From the NCBI GenBank assembly GCA_041665365.1, contig JBAYIY010000002.1:66178-130177 (forward strand): a DNA stretch of 64,000 nucleotides, written 5' to 3'. The notes under the pieces are model-generated. The model was not told the DNA's origin. It saw nothing but the letters and a program-made list of their open reading frames with translations, and did not search any database. The translations under genes were made by a program, and so were the position numbers. Below, in pieces: positions 61,498 through 64,000 of the stretch (position 1 is the stretch's first letter; each line of letters starts with the position of its first letter). Source of the DNA: Patescibacteria group bacterium. GTDB taxonomy: Bacteria; Patescibacteriota; Patescibacteriia; UBA9570.

Positions 61498-62610
61498 TTA
61501 AACAATTTCGCGCATGGCTAAACCAACCGCAATCGACATGCGTGGGCCAATTTCGGCTAACACCGGTTTAAGCTCTACTGGATACATCACCCGCGCCCAA
61601 GGATCACCAATTAACACTTTAACGTTCAATACTTGGGCTAAGTAGTTTGGTAAATTTGGTAGCCAGGCCGAACCACCAGTGAGAATAATTTTCTCAATCC
61701 GCGCCGAACTTTGATTGTGATACAAATTCAATACATAATTAATTTCAGTAACCACTGAAGACACCATGAATTCAATCCGTTTCGGAATTTGGTTAGTGCT
61801 GGAACCAGTGGCAATCAAACCAAAATCACGTTTAAATTGTTCAGCCCGTTCCACATCAACATTCAAACTACTGGCAATGGTCTTAGTAATAGTTTGCCCA
61901 CCTAAATCGATACTGCGATTCACCACCGGTACACTCGCTACTACTACACTAATACTGGTGGTGGTGGCACCGATATCAACAATCATAATGGGTGCCCGAT
62001 CGTGCCCCACCAAGGCTCTTTCTAGAGCAAAGGCTTCAGTTTCCAGTTTCACTAAATTCAAACCGGCCATTTTGAACAACTCAACATAATTATTCACCAA
62101 ATCGGCTGGCGCGGCGGTTAACAAAATCTTTTTATATTTTTTTGGAGTAGACTTTAAGGTACTGGCACTATCTTTCGTTTGAGTATTTGGTTGAGTGTTT
62201 TGTGATGGAATATGTTCGTGATCGTCATAGTTAGTCAATTCATCATAAGACAACACCATTTTTTCCAGCGGCATGGGCACAATCTTTTTGGCTTCCCAAT
62301 GCACCGCCGCATCAAGCTCTTTGGCTTTCATGTCCGGCAAAGTAATCACCGATGAAAACACGGTATAACTCGGTAAAGCCGCTACCACTTGGTTAGTGCT
62401 CACTTTAGCTTTATCCAACACTTTTTTCAGTGTTTCAACAATTTTTTGTTTCGCCTCAGTACTTTCAATTTTTAAAACTGGGGTAGGTTTTTCAATGTAA
62501 CCATACGTTTGTAGTTTGGGACGGCCTTTTTCGTTCTTTAATTCAACAATTTTCAGAGATGCCCCACCAATGTCGATACCAATATAGGTTTGTGATCCAC
62601 GAAATGCCAT
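61498..62610 (-). CDS. pilM: Type IV pilus assembly ATPase-fold protein PilM
   Basis: Actin-like fold: IGIDIGGASLKIVEL...; conserved position upstream of pilN. Confidence 0.8.
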   Translation of the reverse strand: MAFRGSQTYIGIDIGGASLKIVELKNEKGRPKLQTYGYIEKPTPVLKIESTEAKQKIVETLKKVLDKAKVSTNQVVAALPSYTVFSSVITLPDMKAKELDAAVHWEAKKIVPMPLEKMVLSYDELTNYDDHEHIPSQNTQPNTQTKDSASTLKSTPKKYKKILLTAAPADLVNNYVELFKMAGLNLVKLETEAFALERALVGHDRAPIMIVDIGATTTSISVVVASVPVVNRSIDLGGQTITKTIASSLNVDVERAEQFKRDFGLIATGSSTNQIPKRIEFMVSSVVTEINYVLNLYHNQSSARIEKIILTGGSAWLPNLPNYLAQVLNVKVLIGDPWARVMYPVELKPVLAEIGPRMSIAVGLAMREIV

Positions 62611-62638
62611 AGTGAAAAAATTATACCATTTTTTTATA

Positions 62639-64000
62639 TTACTGTATAGTGCGCTCCGGCAACGTGGCGGTCAGATCAGATAATCCCGGTGGAGTGTTAG
62701 CCACCACTCGACCATCGTAATGAATATCTTCACTGGGTTGTGGAGATGATGTACTACCTAGAGCCTTGCGTTGCAAAGCAAAACTACGCGCCATCACTAA
62801 ACCATCGAGCCGCAAAGGTAAGGTACTGTCGCCGGTGGAGAAATCCGACGCGGTATCCCCTAACACAATGTAGGCACCAACTAAATGCGTTACAAGTGGA
62901 TTTACAGTCACACCGCCTTGCACTACAAAGGCAACCGACGCTAAATTAGCAATAGATGTATCGATCGCGTTGTTATAATAATTTAAATTATCATTGAGTA
63001 TTAAATTACCGCCCACTACAAATGTGGCACTGCCATCGGCTGTGCCGGTACCATTATAAAATGTTAGGTTTGAATTTATCGTGAGATTACCAGAACAATA
63101 ATAAACGGCTCCACCTAACGGATTTGTCCCACCGGTAATAATAGTTTCCGTACAATCACCCGGCAGCGCTGCTGTACCCTCATCTTGAGCTTGTTTAATT
63201 AATTCATTCACATGCAATGATCCTAAATCACCCCGATACACCCCTCTGGTATTGTTTGTTGGTACACCACCTAAATCTGTTAAATCTGTTTCTTCACTTT
63301 TAGTATAACCAGGTTGATTAGAAAAGTTAGTAATTGATCCATTGGCTAATATCTGATAGGTGGCATTATATTCGCCACTCGGTGCTGCCGTGGTGGCATT
63401 GAATCCTTGTAAACTATACACGTCACCCTGCATGGTTCTTAACCAGGCTTTAGTGGCCAATATTCCTGACGTACTTAGATCAAATTTAATCCAACCAAAC
63501 CCGCTATCCGGATCACCGTTCCAAGCCCAGCCGGATAAAGCCAAAGTATCCGCGTCAAACTTTACACCATATTCTGCCCCAGCGGATGATATATCCCCTT
63601 GCAACTTAACCCAACCCCAAGCATCTTCGGTTCGACCCAAACTGGTCTCATAATCTCGTAACATGCGAATGCGCGCCCAGCCATACAACTCACCGGTTTC
63701 TTCATTCCAATGTGCTCCCTCAATCGGATCCCCCGCCGGATTACCTGTCATGGTTGGGCTAAAATCTATCCAGCCCATCTCATCACTCAGCCAGGCTTGG
63801 CCAGATACCGCACAATCTGTCCCACACCCACCATGCTCTAACCGTACCCCATAATTGGTTCCAGAAAAACTAATCACAGCTGTACCATTACTATCATCAA
63901 CTGAATTCCCAATCCAACCTAAACCACTTGCGCGATACGGTGTGGGAAAATTTATCACCTGCCAGTATTTTGTATTAGCATCAGTTGATCCGGCGGCTTC
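62639..64000 (-). CDS. Large secreted/surface protein, Gly/Asn/Thr-rich and beta-helix-like. The ORF remains open to the right edge, so it is N-terminally incomplete.
   Basis: More than 450 aa open to the right window edge. Repetitive GxN/T-rich segments (NLTINSNLTFYNGTGTADGSATFVVGGNLILNDNLNYYNNAID). Confidence 0.5.
   Translation of the reverse strand, partial: EAAGSTDANTKYWQVINFPTPYRASGLGWIGNSVDDSNGTAVISFSGTNYGVRLEHGGCGTDCAVSGQAWLSDEMGWIDFSPTMTGNPAGDPIEGAHWNEETGELYGWARIRMLRDYETSLGRTEDAWGWVKLQGDISSAGAEYGVKFDADTLALSGWAWNGDPDSGFGWIKFDLSTSGILATKAWLRTMQGDVYSLQGFNATTAAPSGEYNATYQILANGSITNFSNQPGYTKSEETDLTDLGGVPTNNTRGVYRGDLGSLHVNELIKQAQDEGTAALPGDCTETIITGGTNPLGGAVYYCSGNLTINSNLTFYNGTGTADGSATFVVGGNLILNDNLNYYNNAIDTSIANLASVAFVVQGGVTVNPLVTHLVGAYIVLGDTASDFSTGDSTLPLRLDGLVMARSFALQRKALGSTSSPQPSEDIHYDGRVVANTPPGLSDLTATLPERTIQ

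Overview
This is a 64 kb window from a low-GC (about 40%) bacterial chromosome, with almost every gene on the minus strand. Three things point to a Candidate Phyla Radiation (Patescibacteria)-like organism, though I cannot search to confirm. The S10-spc ribosomal cluster lacks L30 (and here also L29). Two aminoacyl-tRNA synthetases have reduced domain content. A complete competence-type type IV pilus locus is present.

Gene order, left to right:
- recQ (partial) and two hypothetical genes
- tRNA-Glu followed directly by a small GIY-YIG nuclease gene
- a DUF4143 AAA+ ATPase, gap, a DacA-like carboxypeptidase, rluB-like, scpB-scpA, aspS and asnS in tandem
- a Ca-type P-type ATPase
- tRNA-Lys, whose 3' end plus a structured trailer is duplicated around a second GIY-YIG gene
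- dedA, dnaB-ybaB-recR, rplU
- ruvX, map, adk, secY, the spc and S10 ribosomal operons, tuf, fusA; an inserted membrane-protein gene with a DYNY-repeat; rpsG-rpsL
- an M50 protease, a ferredoxin, kbl-tdh, an M20 peptidase
- trpG-like, ndk, an orphan receiver, gatC-gatA, ligA
- a 13-gene type IV pilus locus: pilX-like, three minor pilins, pilD, two tandem pilA, pilC, pilT, pilB, an FN3 protein, pilO, pilN, pilM
- a large secreted protein, partial

The most unusual structure is a roughly 0.9 kb high-GC islet (60-70% GC) at 43.7-44.6 kb. It carries three tiny Pro/Asp-rich ORFs and is followed by about 640 bp of structured non-coding DNA. A dispersed family of perfect palindromes with the core GTAGAGACRT...AYGTCTCTAC has six copies; one lies in-frame inside ligA. 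The tRNA-Lys 3' end is duplicated around a GIY-YIG gene in a target-site-like manner. No rRNA genes or CRISPR arrays were seen.
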